NCBI GenBank assembly: GCA_020137815.1
Contig: CM035350.1
Coordinates: forward strand, 8,246,001-8,310,000
Source: Hormiphora californensis
Taxonomy: Eukaryota; Animalia; Ctenophora
Length of the DNA: 64,000 nucleotides
Reading direction: 5' to 3'
The position numbers and the translations under genes were made by a program. The notes beneath the pieces were generated by a model. The model was given only the letters and a program-made list of their open reading frames with translations, ran no database searches and was not told where the DNA came from. Of this stretch, positions 1 to 14,450 are shown piece after piece; position 1 is the first letter of the stretch, and the number at the start of each line of letters is the position of its first letter.

Positions 1-1256
1 CACAAATGTTGCAATTACACGCTAGATATAACCATTCGCGAAATACAAATACAATGGTTAGGAAGAGAGTCAAGGGCATGGCAGCTTGGTAACATTCGGT
101 TGCCATATAGGGTCTGAAGACTCCCAACTCAAGTACTCGTTCTCTTTCCTTTAAAGTTCTTTAAAGTTCTACTTCTCAGCCTTCTCTCCCTAGTTATACA
201 TCCCCTCTCTATCCCTTTCTCTCCCTTTCTCTTCTTCACATTATCCCTAATATTTTACTTGCTTGTAGTTAAGCTTCGTCATGGGTGGTCACAATATTCG
301 TGCGTTATTTGCCATGATTTCTAACACTCTCTCGGTCTCTCTCCCTCTATTATATATCTCTCTCTCACTCCCCCGCTATCTCACTCTTCCTCTATCTGTC
401 TCTCTATGTCTCTCTTACTCGAATCCTCGCTCTCTCTCTTCCCCTCTGAACCGTCCCATATCATCGTGTGTGGGACTCAATGTGGGAGGTATTACGAGAT
501 TGACGAATGGATTATCAGCGATTTGGGTTTTAATGAGAAGTAAAGTGTGTGTGTGTGTGTGCCTCCCTCCTCCCCGCTAAAACAATCGCTCGGAAACGCT
601 ACATAAAACCACGTGAACTAGTTGTTTCCCTGTGTAACCTTTAAAATCACTTACCATCTGTTGGCAAGTACTTCTGAGACGACGTCCCACAGCCCATCTA
701 GCGGTTATCTGAGAGAGAGGGAAGTGGTTGTATAATATTTGGGGAATATCAAATATTAATTGATTGGCCATGAATGATAGAAATAGATCTAATGAGGGAA
801 CTTTTGTTGTTTTATCACCTGTTGAAGCTGTCCTGGAGTTGATCTCGGATGATTAGAATATCTCGGTATATAGAGAATGCTACTGCCGTGTCATTGCTGA
901 GTGTTTATTTAGAAACAGGAACCTATCGTTATAATAAAGTGGTTGGGTTAGTTCATCATGGTATGCCTTTAAAAAATTTAACAATTGCAATACATATGTA
1001 TTTACAATGTTTACATCTCAAAAATGTTTTGAATGTTACATCTCAAAAATAGGGTATCGGTAAAGGTTTGAAACTTTGATATATAGATTTATAGTACGGA
1101 GTGTACGAATGAGTTATCAATCAAACTATGTGAATGTAACAGCATAAAATTCTGAGAAATAAATAAATTATTAGAGGAACTGAGAAAAAGAGCGTGAGAG
1201 GATAAAATAGCTCGAAGAAGGGAGAGATACACAGAAATGAAAGAAAGATAGATAGA

Positions 1257-1317
<61 letters not shown>

Positions 1318-3698
1318 ATGCTCTTTCAGCTAATTGTCGCTTCCGTAAGAAATGAAGCAACAGATTGTCAACCTGAGCAAGTTGTACGAACGGTGCCTTT
1401 CATTAACAAACCCGGTGGGCTGATATAACCGGGCATACAAAATGTAGATAAGAAAAGGAAAACAAATTCCAAAATAGCTGTAAATACTTCCAACCTTGTT
1501 CATATCAATGTCATCTTAAATGGAGTTGGTCTCTAGAGTCTATAGTTATGAGATAATAATCATTTCGGCAAATACGAGCAATTCATGTTCATCATAGACA
1601 CCGCATGGTATCACAATTGTCCATTATCATTATATTAAAACCGCAACTTTAACATAGTGGGAACAAATAAGGCGAAGTATAATAATAGTATGAACAATAC
1701 AAAAGTATAGTTATACTCTAAGAAGTTCTAAAAGAGTGAGAGAGAGAGTGTGTGTGAGAGAGAGTGTCATCCAAGAGCTGATTCAGTTGCTGGTCCCTGT
1801 CCCTACTACCATACTAGCGAATGTAGAGAGAGGGGCCTGTAGCTTCAAGCGTGACGAATAGAAGGAGAAAAAGAAGATAAATTGACACTAGTAAACAAGG
1901 AACAAACAAAATCCGTTGATTTTCGCACTGCAAGTGCAAACATCAACAATTACTGTAACGAGTCTCTTCTGAATTTTCTCTCTGTCTCCGTCTTGCCCGC
2001 ATGCTTTCTCTCTAACTCTCACCGTGTACATCACGATCTTTTTCTCTCTTCCCCTCTATCTTCCTAACTATCTCTTTCTTCCTCACTATGTCTTTCTCTG
2101 TGTTTTCTATGTTTTTCTTACCTCTCTCTCTCTCTCTATCTCTCCCCAGATGCTAATCGTTCTGAAGTCTTGCAGGTGGCATGCAGAATTGTACAATTTT
2201 GCAAAACATTTAAACCCACCGAAGACCATCGTGTGTGTCATTAAAGTACACGTGTAATTGTAAAGATCGTAATGTACAAATACACGTGTACTTTAATGAT
2301 TTTATGGAAATTATTTTATTTCATAAAAGATCGTGTTCTGTTCGGCTGATAAAAAATTATACGAGCACGAAACTGACAAAATTACAGATTATCCAAACGC
2401 TATAATTTCATGTTTTTGTGAATGGATCGGAATTTATATAACAATGCCATTGGCATTAAATATTAAGATCTCAATATGTCTCATATATTATATAATATCA
2501 TATGTAAATGTCGGCCGATAAAATGTAACTAGCAAACGACTGTACTGCTAGCTCGTCCAACTAGGCGTGTGTGTGTGTGTGTGTGTGTATTTGTGTGTGT
2601 GTATAATTATTGATTATAGTTACTGTGGCAGCGGTGTAATGATTTTAACATATATTTGCCGGAAAACCTCGTCGGTGAGGGTCTAAAAGTGAATATGTAA
2701 AAATTTAAAAGTATAAAGGCCAGATGGGTGTGATTTTCGGTTTAAGAACTGAATGTAAATATTGTTAGGTTTATAATCAGCTTTTACTAAAACTAAAAAG
2801 TAAAAACGACGTCCCATAACCAAACAAGCAAGCTATTTTGAAAACCACTGAGTGAAAACTACTTCTTTGCGGTCAAAAGCCCTGACACCATTAAAAAAAA
2901 TTATATATCGGGAGTGATCAAAGCTAAAAATATATTAAAGTGCATTAGTCGAGGGATTTTATGGGGAAGGACTAGTTCCTCCCCCTTCGAACTCAACAAT
3001 TCATGCTACTCATGGCTACGATTATACTTCCCTTGGTTTCCATGACTGCACAGCTGGGTAGACGGTATTATCATTTATAGTCCCACAAATATTTAAATAA
3101 TTCCATAATTTGCTCAAGATTATGCTCGCTAAGCCAATTACAGGGGACAATGATTATATAAATATATGTCCTAGTTTTATCTCGAAGTAATAATTATAGA
3201 GATTAAATGAAAAGTATATTATAGGTGGGGTCAAACTTCTAGACTAAATAAAATCTAGTCAGGCTACCTACATGTAGTTTAGTAGCAGTTTTGTGTATGA
3301 CAAATTCTCATATATTCTACAGATCATCTCTCCCAGTCTCTCTTTCTATCTTTCATCTCTCTATCTCGCAAGCTATTTATCTCTATCTTGAACTCTTTCT
3401 GTCTCAGGTCATTGGATGAACAACAATTTGGATAATAACTGTCCAACTCCTTCCATGGATCTAAAAGAAGCGATCTTCTCTCCCAATTTCCATGAAGCTT
3501 CGACACTTTCACTCTCCCTCCTGTCGTTCTATATAGTTCTATTAGATGTATGTTATATGAGCTTTTGGCATATTAGAATACTGAACGATGAATAACAAGA
3601 CAAATGGCCGACTAAAGCAATGCCAACAGGGAGATATATCGAGATAGAGAGAGTATACGATAGAATATAGATATATAATGAGATAGATAAACAGAGAG

Positions 3699-3832
<134 letters not shown>

Positions 3833-6800
3833 GATGAGCGACAGAGCTAAGAATAAAGATGAAAGCGATTGTTCGATAATTAGAGCATTTCACCGCATAC
3901 GATTATCACAGCTGTGTGTAGTGCATTACGATTAAAGCAGTAGTGAATGTGAATCCAGAACAATTTAACAGCACACATTCTAAACACTACCATGTAGAGC
4001 TATACATATCAAGAGTGAATGCACGTGTGTAGTTGAAATGACTTTCATCCACGTGCATAGTTTTGGAAAATAACTCCCAAAACCCTCATCGAGTTCTTAT
4101 CATCTTATACTCTCCTAAGATACTATTTTAAATTTTGACTGAATTCTTTGAAGCTTTATCATTAATGCGTAACACGTCGCATTAGTATAATGACCACTTT
4201 TTATTGCGCTTGCCAGCACAGTGATTATACACAGAGATGGCTCTATGTGTACAATGTCAGAGCACCATACACACATAGGAAGCATGAAGCGTTGAGCTCT
4301 TGGGAAGAGGCGGAAATCGTTCCTAACGTACAATGTGTGTACAACACAGGGTGGAACAATTAAAGGACACACACAAGATCAGACAATGAAAAAGAAAGGA
4401 AGATATGATCGGCAGAGGGATCAGAGAGCAAGTAAAGGTAGAAGTAAAGGAAGACAGGAAAAACAGTTTCACATAATATCTTATACCATGTATACGATTA
4501 AATGCAAAATAGTACTGGCTCACTCAATGAAATATCCCCCAAAGTGACAATTCCATGTACGTAGGGGTAATTTCGATAGCAAGTGACAAGATAAGAGCAT
4601 CGAGAGGGGTCCCTCTATCCACAAGCACTTCCCAGCCCTTCGCATAAAGATCATAGTACTGTGCTGGGATCATAACACGGATGTGCCGCAGCACATGAGA
4701 TCACTCTCGAAGTGCAGAGCTCCAACACACGTCCAGTTTCATATACACACATACCGGGACCACACAGATGTATGGGAGAAGAAAGGATGAGAACATTCAT
4801 TCCGCATCATGGAGAGAGAGAGATAGAGAGCATTGAGGTATGGATGTGGCAAGTATAATACCACGGGCAAGAGAGCTTACTCATTACAGCAGCTTAGGGG
4901 AGCCTTGTGCCATCGATACCCTTGTCTATGATCGATACCCTTATACTGATCTTTCACTCACTCTTGCGTATCAAGGAGATACCAAAGAAATTCAAGTTTG
5001 GCGTATTGCAGTATCTGTATTGATCGTACCCGATCCAGTCAGTACTTAAGGGTACACCTGGCTTTTTTTTTTTTTCATCGAGTGCCCCAAACCCAAAAGC
5101 TTCACCAGGGTTTAGGCCATCAAAAGGACCTCAAATAGCAATTTTTAGCCCTAAAGTCGAATTCTATTTTTTGCTACGCCATTTCAAAGTGGCGTTTTTT
5201 TTTTTTTAATTTTTTTGAAATTTTTAAAACCCCAGACCCCTTTTTTTTTAGATGAAACATTAAATTCCCTTTGGGAATTTTTAAAAGAATAAAAGGTGAA
5301 TAAGCCCAAAAAAGGATTTTTGAAAAAGGGGTTTTTTTCTGCCATGAGAACGGTTTATTTTTTGCTTCTTCCCACGCTGGGTGAGATGTTTTCCCATTTA
5401 TTAGAGATAAAATCTGGAAAAAGTTTCTCAAAAAAGATATTATGTGGCCCAAAAATTTTGGAAAATTTTTCCCCCCAAAAAGTGGGGAAAAAGCTTTTTT
5501 TTTTGAAACCTGTTTTTTTGAAAAAAAGGGAATTCCCCGTATCCCCCAAAAACGGATGATCGTAAAAACCCGGGACCAGCTTAACGATTCAGAAGGTTCA
5601 TTTTGGGGGGTTTCTGAGAGACATTTTGGGTTCCTACTCCCCGTTTTTGCTGAATTTCGAAAAAAAGGGATCAGCAAAAAAAGGGGGAATCAGCCCGAAA
5701 CGGCTATGGAATAGAGTTGTTTCCCCTTTTCATAGAATTGGTTTTTTTTTTCAATTTCGCAAAAACGGTTGGGGGTAGGAGCAAAAATTCTCTCAGAGAC
5801 CCCCCCAAAATCAACCTTCTGAACGTTTAACTCGGGCCCCGGTCTCTAGATCATCCCTTTTGGATCGGGGAATTTTCCCCCTTTTTCAAAAAGACAGTTT
5901 CACAAAAAAAAAAAAAAAAAAAAAAAAACCACACCACATCTTTCGGGGGGGTTCCAAAATTTTTTGGGCCCCCTAGTAAACTTGCCCTGTGTGTGTGTGT
6001 GTGTGGTGTGTCGATGTGTGGTGTGTGTGTGGGGGTGTGTGTGTGTGGGAAGCAGAAAGAATTTGAGTGAAGAGGGCACGAGCACGCACACTAGGAAGAT
6101 AATGATATGTCGACCCACCTGTTCTCTCCTTCATGCGCACTCACGGAGATAAAAAATGCCCAATAATTCAAGAAGGAAATTCGACATAACAGGAATTCCC
6201 AACAATTAACGATCTAATTTGCGACGACCTAAGCCGCATGCGAACCATGAACAATAGTACATTAAATACCAGCATTCAACGCACAATTGGGGGAATATAG
6301 AGGCTACTACTGGCTAAACAAAACTTATTGGATATCAATACTTCACTCGCATAGCGAGAACAGGTGGGCAATGGTTACCAAGGGTATATTATTCTTATGT
6401 CCAGATGTCTGTAGAAATACCGTAGTTTTACGTAGTTTACAGTTTACTATTTTTATTGAATTGTGGTAGGCGAAAAAAAACATATGGCACGTAAATAAAA
6501 AAAAACTGCGTGGTTCAGAGATATTAATAAAAATGTGTCATCAAATACAACAAATAACTTTGCGTCAATTATGTGTCAATTAGGTAATTGCAACTCCCGT
6601 ATTTAAAAAGTTCCAAATAAAATAGGCCGGGGAAATTTGGGGGTTTTAATATTATATCGCTCTGGATAAATTACTTCCCCTGACTGGGGGAGCGTGCCCC
6701 CAAATCGGTTTAGTTTTGACAGCAAATCTATCATTTTTCGCCAACCCATTTTCCTTTCCCCTTTCTTTTAATCCCTTCTCTTCCCCCTTCTCTCTTCTCC

Positions 6801-7000
6801 TTTTCTCTCTTTCCTCTCCCCCGCACCTCCTCTTCTCTCTCTTTCCCCTCTCTCTCCTTCCTCCTTCTTTGTTCGGGGGGCTCGACTGCGTGCCCAAGTA
6901 AGGTACCGCAAGATTGCTAATCAAAGGGGGTCTCTCTTTCTCTTTTCCCTTTTCCCAGGTCATTTCCCTCTCTCTTCTCCCAGACGAGTATTCCATCTCT

Positions 7001-10000
7001 CTATACCCCGAACCTACGAATTTTCCCGTCTCTTTTCCCCTTTTGAGAAACTTCAAGTCGCATACCCTTTTTTCTTTTCATTTTAATTTTACATTGTTTT
7101 TGGGCCCCCATATTGGTTCGAGTGAACTTTCCAGTGGAAAAACATCCCACTCTACAAAATCCATCCGAAAATTTTTCGTGCTGAAACCCAAGTTTGATCA
7201 CTAGGTCCATAGGGCCCTTGATCACCTTGTAAGGCCCGGGGGTCCACTCCCCGAAAGTTACGGGGGGGGGGGGGCTTGTCAGGGGTACATCCCCTACACA
7301 GCCCCCGGCCAAGACGTACGGTTCAAAGTGCTCAACAATGTTGTGGGTCAAGGTGGGACTGGAGATGAAGGTGTTGTTGAGGGAGGTCAGGTAGCTGGAT
7401 GCGTCTGTTGGTGGGCCAACTATCGGGTGGTCTGTTGGGTCCGAGTAATGGCCGCTGTAGTAGCCCAGGTCAACTAGGGGGAGATGAGGAAATAGAAGTT
7501 GGCTATTGGCCATGACTGGGGAGGACTCTAACTGAACGGGTGGAAGGGGAAATATATGGGGTCAAAACTAGAACAACAACAAAAGCTAATCCTAATACTC
7601 ACTAGGCGTGGAGCTGTAAGAGGTAGGCGGTGTTGAGTATTGGCTTGGATTCAGAGCCCCTGGATGTGTGTAGTCCATAGTGGCATACTCTGGCATAAGG
7701 TGGTTAGCTCCTCCAATAACTGACCCAATTGTGGGCATTACCGGCTCGTAGGTAGAGAATGCACTAGTTTCCTGCTCTGTTTTGGGTAGGGTGCTGCACA
7801 GCTGGTCGCACATGGGGAATATAGGATCATACATTCCAGGTAACACTGGTGTCCCGGGTTTCAGTCCTCGTTCTAGCATTAGCCCTGTGGGGAATAGAGG
7901 GTCTGTTAGATCAGAGGGTTTCTTCAACAGCTGGAGGCGATTTGGGGTCACTCAGGGGGATGGAGAGTGTCCGATGGCTCTCTCGGGTTTCCTGACAAAG
8001 TTTCGACCACGTGCTCTTCTTACCTGATTGGGCCTGTTCCAGAGCGCTTGGTTGGCCTATGTTCGCGTAACAGAATCCTCCCGGTGTGTTTTGTGTTCTG
8101 GGAGGTGTAATTCCGTAGGGTCTGGAATGGAGGAATGCCTCCGGGGAGATATTCTCAAAGGTGGCCTTCCTGAACAAATCGTTAAACTCAGAGTTTGGAG
8201 GGAAAGTAGTCTCAGATGATAGAATATTAGTTCGACGTTTCTTGTTGGACTCCATGTCCAGAGTCCGGGAACTGGGTCGCTTTTTCTTCTGGAGCTGCTG
8301 GTTCGCGTGGTACTGTGCAACAGATTAGGGGTGTTAGCTGGAAGAAACAAATGAAATCAGATAATAACTCTTACCCTAGAAATCCTACTATTTTATATTC
8401 ACTCGAGTTGATTCAGTAAATCCTTGACACTAACCATGTGATTCCTAATGTCGTGGATGGTCGGATAGTACGCCCTATTGTTCTGATCCAGTATGGCTGA
8501 AAGCTCATCCTTGTTAGCTCCTAAACTAAACTCTCCCTCCACAAAACAGTGCAGGGACGTCTTGATCTGATTTACATCCTGAATTCCAGTACTAACGAGC
8601 TCGTAGATCTTATCTGAAAATGGGTTTATGTTGTTGGTTTGGTTTGGATATAATTGAACTGTAAATGTATTGCAATGCCATCCAATCTGAGGGATCCAGA
8701 CCCCCATGTGGTATATTACCCCAGTCACACTGATTCAACTAACTTGGATATCCAGTAAAGCTATAGTCTACCTCTAGTAGATCCATTATACCCAGCTTAC
8801 TATCTACCTATCATATATATCATTGCATTGACAGGTGCAAGTTAGCGTGATTGTTCCAGTCAGCGACCCCCCGTACATTCATCTCTATTGTTGTAACTAT
8901 ATCCAGTACCCCGCATCCACCCCGCAACTTTAAACCATCCTCGCCCAATACAAGATATAATCTACTTAAAACCTCGTTAACCCGGCCCTCACTTTTTGAA
9001 AAACATCTGCCGCTTCACGTCACCCAATCTGCAGCAGCTGTGTCGTCATTCTATCCTTTCCAGCTGCTGATCCAGCCCAATCCCTTATACCCAATCCCAT
9101 ATTTTATATCAACCCTATACTTCCATGGCAGTTGTCCATCAGGCACTCCCAGTCATGTTACATCTGTTCTACCAATTATGCCCACTTTCAAAACACACAG
9201 CTCTGCAGTACATTTCAAACACATGGCTGCAGCTAACCGGATTAAGAGCTACCTGCTATAAGTGTAGAGATCAGTAGAGACTCTTACCGATGATGGCGGG
9301 ATGTAGTTTCTGGCTCATACAGGCCTCCTCTCCCGATGTTGGATGGAGCAGGTGGGCCTCGTCACAGGGGAGCTGAACATAAAACCGTTCCTTTCCTTGT
9401 ACCTGTAACATGAGGTACCATGGGTTAGTTGGAGGAGGGGTTTGGGGTTAGTTAGAAGTTGGATGCTGGGGTTTGGGGTCAGCTGTATTAGGGATGATCT
9501 AGAAGATAGGAAGGAGAACAATAATTGATTTGGGAATGATCTGATTAGTGAGAGGGGCATGCATCAGGGAATTAGTGGAGCCCTTGATGAGAGGGGGGGG
9601 GTCATGTGTAATCCCTCCTTAGTTAGGGGGATTAGTAGTGCATGCACCCTCTGATCTGTTGGACATGTGCCCTGCTCCCCTGTAGCGTTCTCGAATCGAG
9701 TCTCATGAAAAAAGTGCAAGACAGGCTAGAATTAAATGTGAAAGGGGGAATCTGACAGGCACAGAACTCTCATGTGAAAGGGTTGGAGAGAGAGCCCAGT
9801 TGGGAAAGGGGACGTGAATCTTCATGTGATCAAGTTGGTGACTGGAGAAGGATTTCAGTTCAAACATCAAACACGAACATGCCAACAATATATATGTTGT
9901 CATTCTACATGGCTCCACGACTATCATGTGTTCGCTGCAGCAGTGCAGCAGGAACCGACCGAAACAAGTAAACAACCAGAACTCGTTATTTAGGTCACGT

Positions 10001-11202
10001 GACTGGTTATCAGCCAATCAGGGACCAGTATTTCCTGATTCGGTCGGTTCCTGCGCTGTAATCGTATTATAGTGGCCTCATGGAGCGTGCAAATCAGTGG
10101 CCCGCCTTTTGTGGGACAAACCAGCGTGATCCAATAATTGTTACATACCTGCCCATTTCTTAACCGAGTCTTCAATCTAAACAGGATGTCAGCCTTCTTT
10201 TCCCTGATAGCCCAGTCACTCTTCCCCTTGGCCATGTCCTCCGGGTATAGTGCATGATCTGGAAACCTCACTATTCTACGCACTGTGATAGTGGCTGGGC
10301 AACCCCGCTTTCTTGACAATCTCGTCCCCATTTGCTGTAGAGAGAGAGGAAGTGTCAGAATTATAGGTGTGATTGGGGACCACCAGCAAAGAGGTAAATC
10401 ATGTGAGCGTCGTGTGATTTCCTTCAGCGCGGGTGGTTATATGTGCATCCAGTTTCTCCAATTATTACAACCGTTATTGATGTGTCAGAGCAGCGAAGGT
10501 GGCCTTATTTAGTTAAAAAGTGAGCTCTACTTAAAGTACAGGTAAAAACGCAGTACACCTCTTCCCCTTACCTTCGAATAATCGTCACATCCTTTATCTT
10601 CTGGTTTTCTCCTCCTGGCATCCCTCTTTGGTCCATACTGACACTCTAGCACCTTCCGTCCACAGATAAGAAAAGGAACCCCATCAAATGGTACAACGGG
10701 GTTAGCTGTACTCTGCCATAGTAGTCGGGGTGATTTCACTTTTCCTGAAGGAGAGAGACATTAAAAATTGATGAAAAGTAGGAAATTGAGACTTCTTGAT
10801 CCTAGTTCCATATAGTGAACCATATCCGTACCGAGTGTGACAGTGCGAGTTCCATCGAACCCGAAGTCGCTCTGGTGAAAGGGGCCACGGCTGTCCCTCG
10901 TCCCGAAGGTGGATGTTGTGGTTCTCTTGTGAAGTTCCAGTAGTATAATGAGCTCCTTCCAACCCTCCACAAATCCCTCAAGGTACTCTCCCTGTCGCTT
11001 CAGGTTCGCTAATACTCCCGCACATGTTGCGTTCATCGTCTCTGCTCTAGGTAGGGGAAGATTATGGTTAGTTTAATGAAGGAGCAATTCATGGTGGGTC
11101 ATTATGTGTGTTCTTTGATCACAGGTTTCCTAGTGGTGATGAATAATAGACGTGCAGTTATAACATGATGTAGGGCGTGGTATATGATTAACTTTGTCAG
11201 AT

Positions 11203-11237
<35 letters not shown>

Positions 11238-13384
11238 GTGTGATCAGGGGTGGACAGCGTTCCGCATGGGTGGGCTATTGTTGAATTAAATGCCATTAGT
11301 TTCGCGTATAATAATCGTGGGACCCGACCCCCCCCCCCCCTGTATGTGCTCCCTATGTGCTGCAGCTGCAGACAGTAGAGCTAATAATGCAGATTATGCG
11401 TGGGAGAGAAGGAGAGAAAGAGAGGGAGGGTAAATCATGATGACATAGTAACAGGGAGAGTGTTTAAATTAATCAGGCTGATTTCCTACCACCTTGTTGG
11501 CCTAAACACGGACGGTTGAAATCTCTCAAAACGATTCTGATCACCCTCTCTCTCTCTAATCTCAAACAGATCTCCCTAATCTCACTGATCAATTGTGTGA
11601 CAACTCGCACCACTACTTCCTCATTCTGAAACCCTCTCCCCTTATACCCCTTATAGTGCAGCAGCATCCTGATCCCCAGCTCCATAGTGGTGTGACTAAT
11701 TGAATATATACATGTCCACTGTGTTTTGTCATAGCTTGTTGTAAGCTGCCTGTCATGCAGGGAGGACTAATTGGGAGAGTCAGTTGCCCAATTAGTGGCC
11801 GTGTGTCGGTAATTGACCTTATAACAAGACGTGATATGTATTGTCTGAAAGTTAAGACCAAGATTTCATTGATCGTATACATATTTCCAATAATTTCATT
11901 CTATGTTTTATGCGAATTCATGAACAATGAATACTTTACTTGAGCCCATCATTCGGTTACTCTTTTCGTTTTTTAGAAAAAAAAGAAGGTTCCTAAAAGT
12001 TCCTTGAAATAATGAAATATAGAAGTTGCTCAGATCTCATTCAGAGTATACTTATAGGGTTTGATTAAACGAAAGTAAGGTAATTTCAAAATACTGCGTT
12101 ATTATGGATGGTAGACGATCATTATTCGATTTACGTAAATTAAAGGTGAGGTCGACGTGGGTGGTGGCTCACCCCTCACCCACGTCGACATCACATTCCT
12201 TAATGACGCGGTGGCTTCACTGAGAAACTCCGAGAAGCCTTATACTATATGGTCACACAAAGTTAGTGATTGGGCTTATAAATGGGTAGTTATGTTTCCA
12301 CTTGAACCTGTCATAACCTACTATGGTCACACAAAGTTAGTGATTGGGCTTATAAATGGGTAGTTATATTTCCACTTGAACCTTTCACAACCCTATTACA
12401 TCACAACCTTATTACGTCTTCAATATTTAGTACTGACAAGTTTGGATCGTTGAAATTAGCTAAAATGACGGAGAGAGATCTGCAACTTCAAACCGGGAAA
12501 ATGTATCATGTTCAACTATCCATAAACTACTGGAGGACACGAGCAAACGAAACTGTTCTAACTAGATGATCAACACACAAATTCAAAGTATAGTTTGACC
12601 TGTATTACACACCCTTATAATATGTTTTAACCAGACACACACTGTAACCCGACTACAGCTAGACACAAACTAATACCAGACATTTTTACTCACTCGTTCA
12701 GTAGATCCGGTGGGAGAATGGGGTTATGTTGTAGCAACATAATATATTGTTTAGACTTGTGTAAGTCACACACAAACGTACGAGTTAAGTTTCAAACAAA
12801 ATGTGATATATCTGAGAGAAGTATAGTTCTGCGAGACTGAGTTGGTGTGACCGGAAGATAGGTGATATCACGATCTCTCAGCTCGTCGCGTTGTCCCCAA
12901 TTACTCGTCACCTAGCAGGCCCCTGTGGGCACCTAAAGGCAGCATGGGTCACGCGCCTCGTCACGTGATCTACCTGGCTATAAACCTGTTATTCCATATA
13001 TGGGCTAATGGGGTTTACAAGTGCTACAGTCATGGGTATCCTCCCCTGACTAGAGGAGAGAGAGAGAAGTGATGCTAGGGGGCACTACGGCTAATTTAAT
13101 CGCAATAATTTCCCAATATATGCGCTCCTCCTTCTTTTGGGTCAGGATACCTATAACAGAGAACTGCCAGTGGATAGAGAAGGGGGTTGTGGTTAGGGTT
13201 ATCAATTTGGAAATACTGAAACTAGTTTCTAGTGCTACTAAAGTTACCACTATTATGGAAAGAAAGGAAGGTGTCATTCTGCAGCAATACAGATCATGAT
13301 ACCAGTCATGTTTTGCAAAGTGTTTCCCTTTCCCCCTCTTGAGCCCTGAAGGTCAACCAACCCCCTTCCATCTAGTACTGAACG

Positions 13385-13467
<83 letters not shown>

Positions 13468-14357
13468 GATAGAAAGATAGAGAGATAGAGAGATAGAGAG
13501 ATAGAGAGGGTTAGGAGTAATCCCATATGACCGGTATAGTGCATGTCTTGTTGCAGGAGAATTTGCCGGAGGGCCAATATTTTCACCCCCCCCCTTTACC
13601 AAAGAAGAGATCAATTACAAATCACAAATCTGTGTTTCGATCACCGCATGCGGTTACCCTGACAGGGCAATCCAGCCCAAGTGGGTAATCCCCACATAGG
13701 TGCACGGCTGATTGGGTGCATAACAAGGGGGGGGGGTCTTCTTGTACTCATGGAAAACCTCCGGCAGCGGTTGCTGTGGTTACATATGACTCAGCTTCCT
13801 CAGATTGCAATATGGGTTAACGGTTGTTATAGAAACGGTGGAATTATTAGAGACTATTGACAACCACGCTTTGCGTCAGTGGTGCATTCTGTAACAGTTT
13901 CCATGGTTACCAAACTAATCTCAACGGCAAACACAGTTGGCGTAACTCAGAAAGGGTTTTAATTTCAGTTCTCTCACTCTACCATCACTGATTTTACCAC
14001 TTACAGAATTATGATTAAACTCTTAGCACTTTTTTAATATTGCACCTAACCCTGGCCTATGTGTATTGTCCACGAGGAGAATTCATCACTCTTTCTTCTC
14101 CTCCCTGATATCGCTAAATGGCATTTCTCCACCCTCATCACGAAGTCCCATCTACTACTACAGCAGTTATTATCACTTGAACAAGTGATCACATCTTGGT
14201 GGAAATATTACCAACCAGCTCAGAGCTAGCTGCTGCAAATGTTTGTTCTCTTCTCTCAGTCCCTCTTGTCACATGATGATCCTTACCGTTTTCCCATGAG
14301 GGATGCACACACACACACACACACTCATCTTCTATCATTCTGTTTAATATTAACCCG

Positions 14358-14450
<93 letters not shown>

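Noticed and set aside
650-3600. Isolated exon-like segments (e.g. - strand ~897-819 NDTAVAFSIYRDILIIRDQLQDSFN; + strand from ~3409)
   Set aside because: I could not assemble a consistent gene or recognise a domain; they may belong to a gene extending outside the window.
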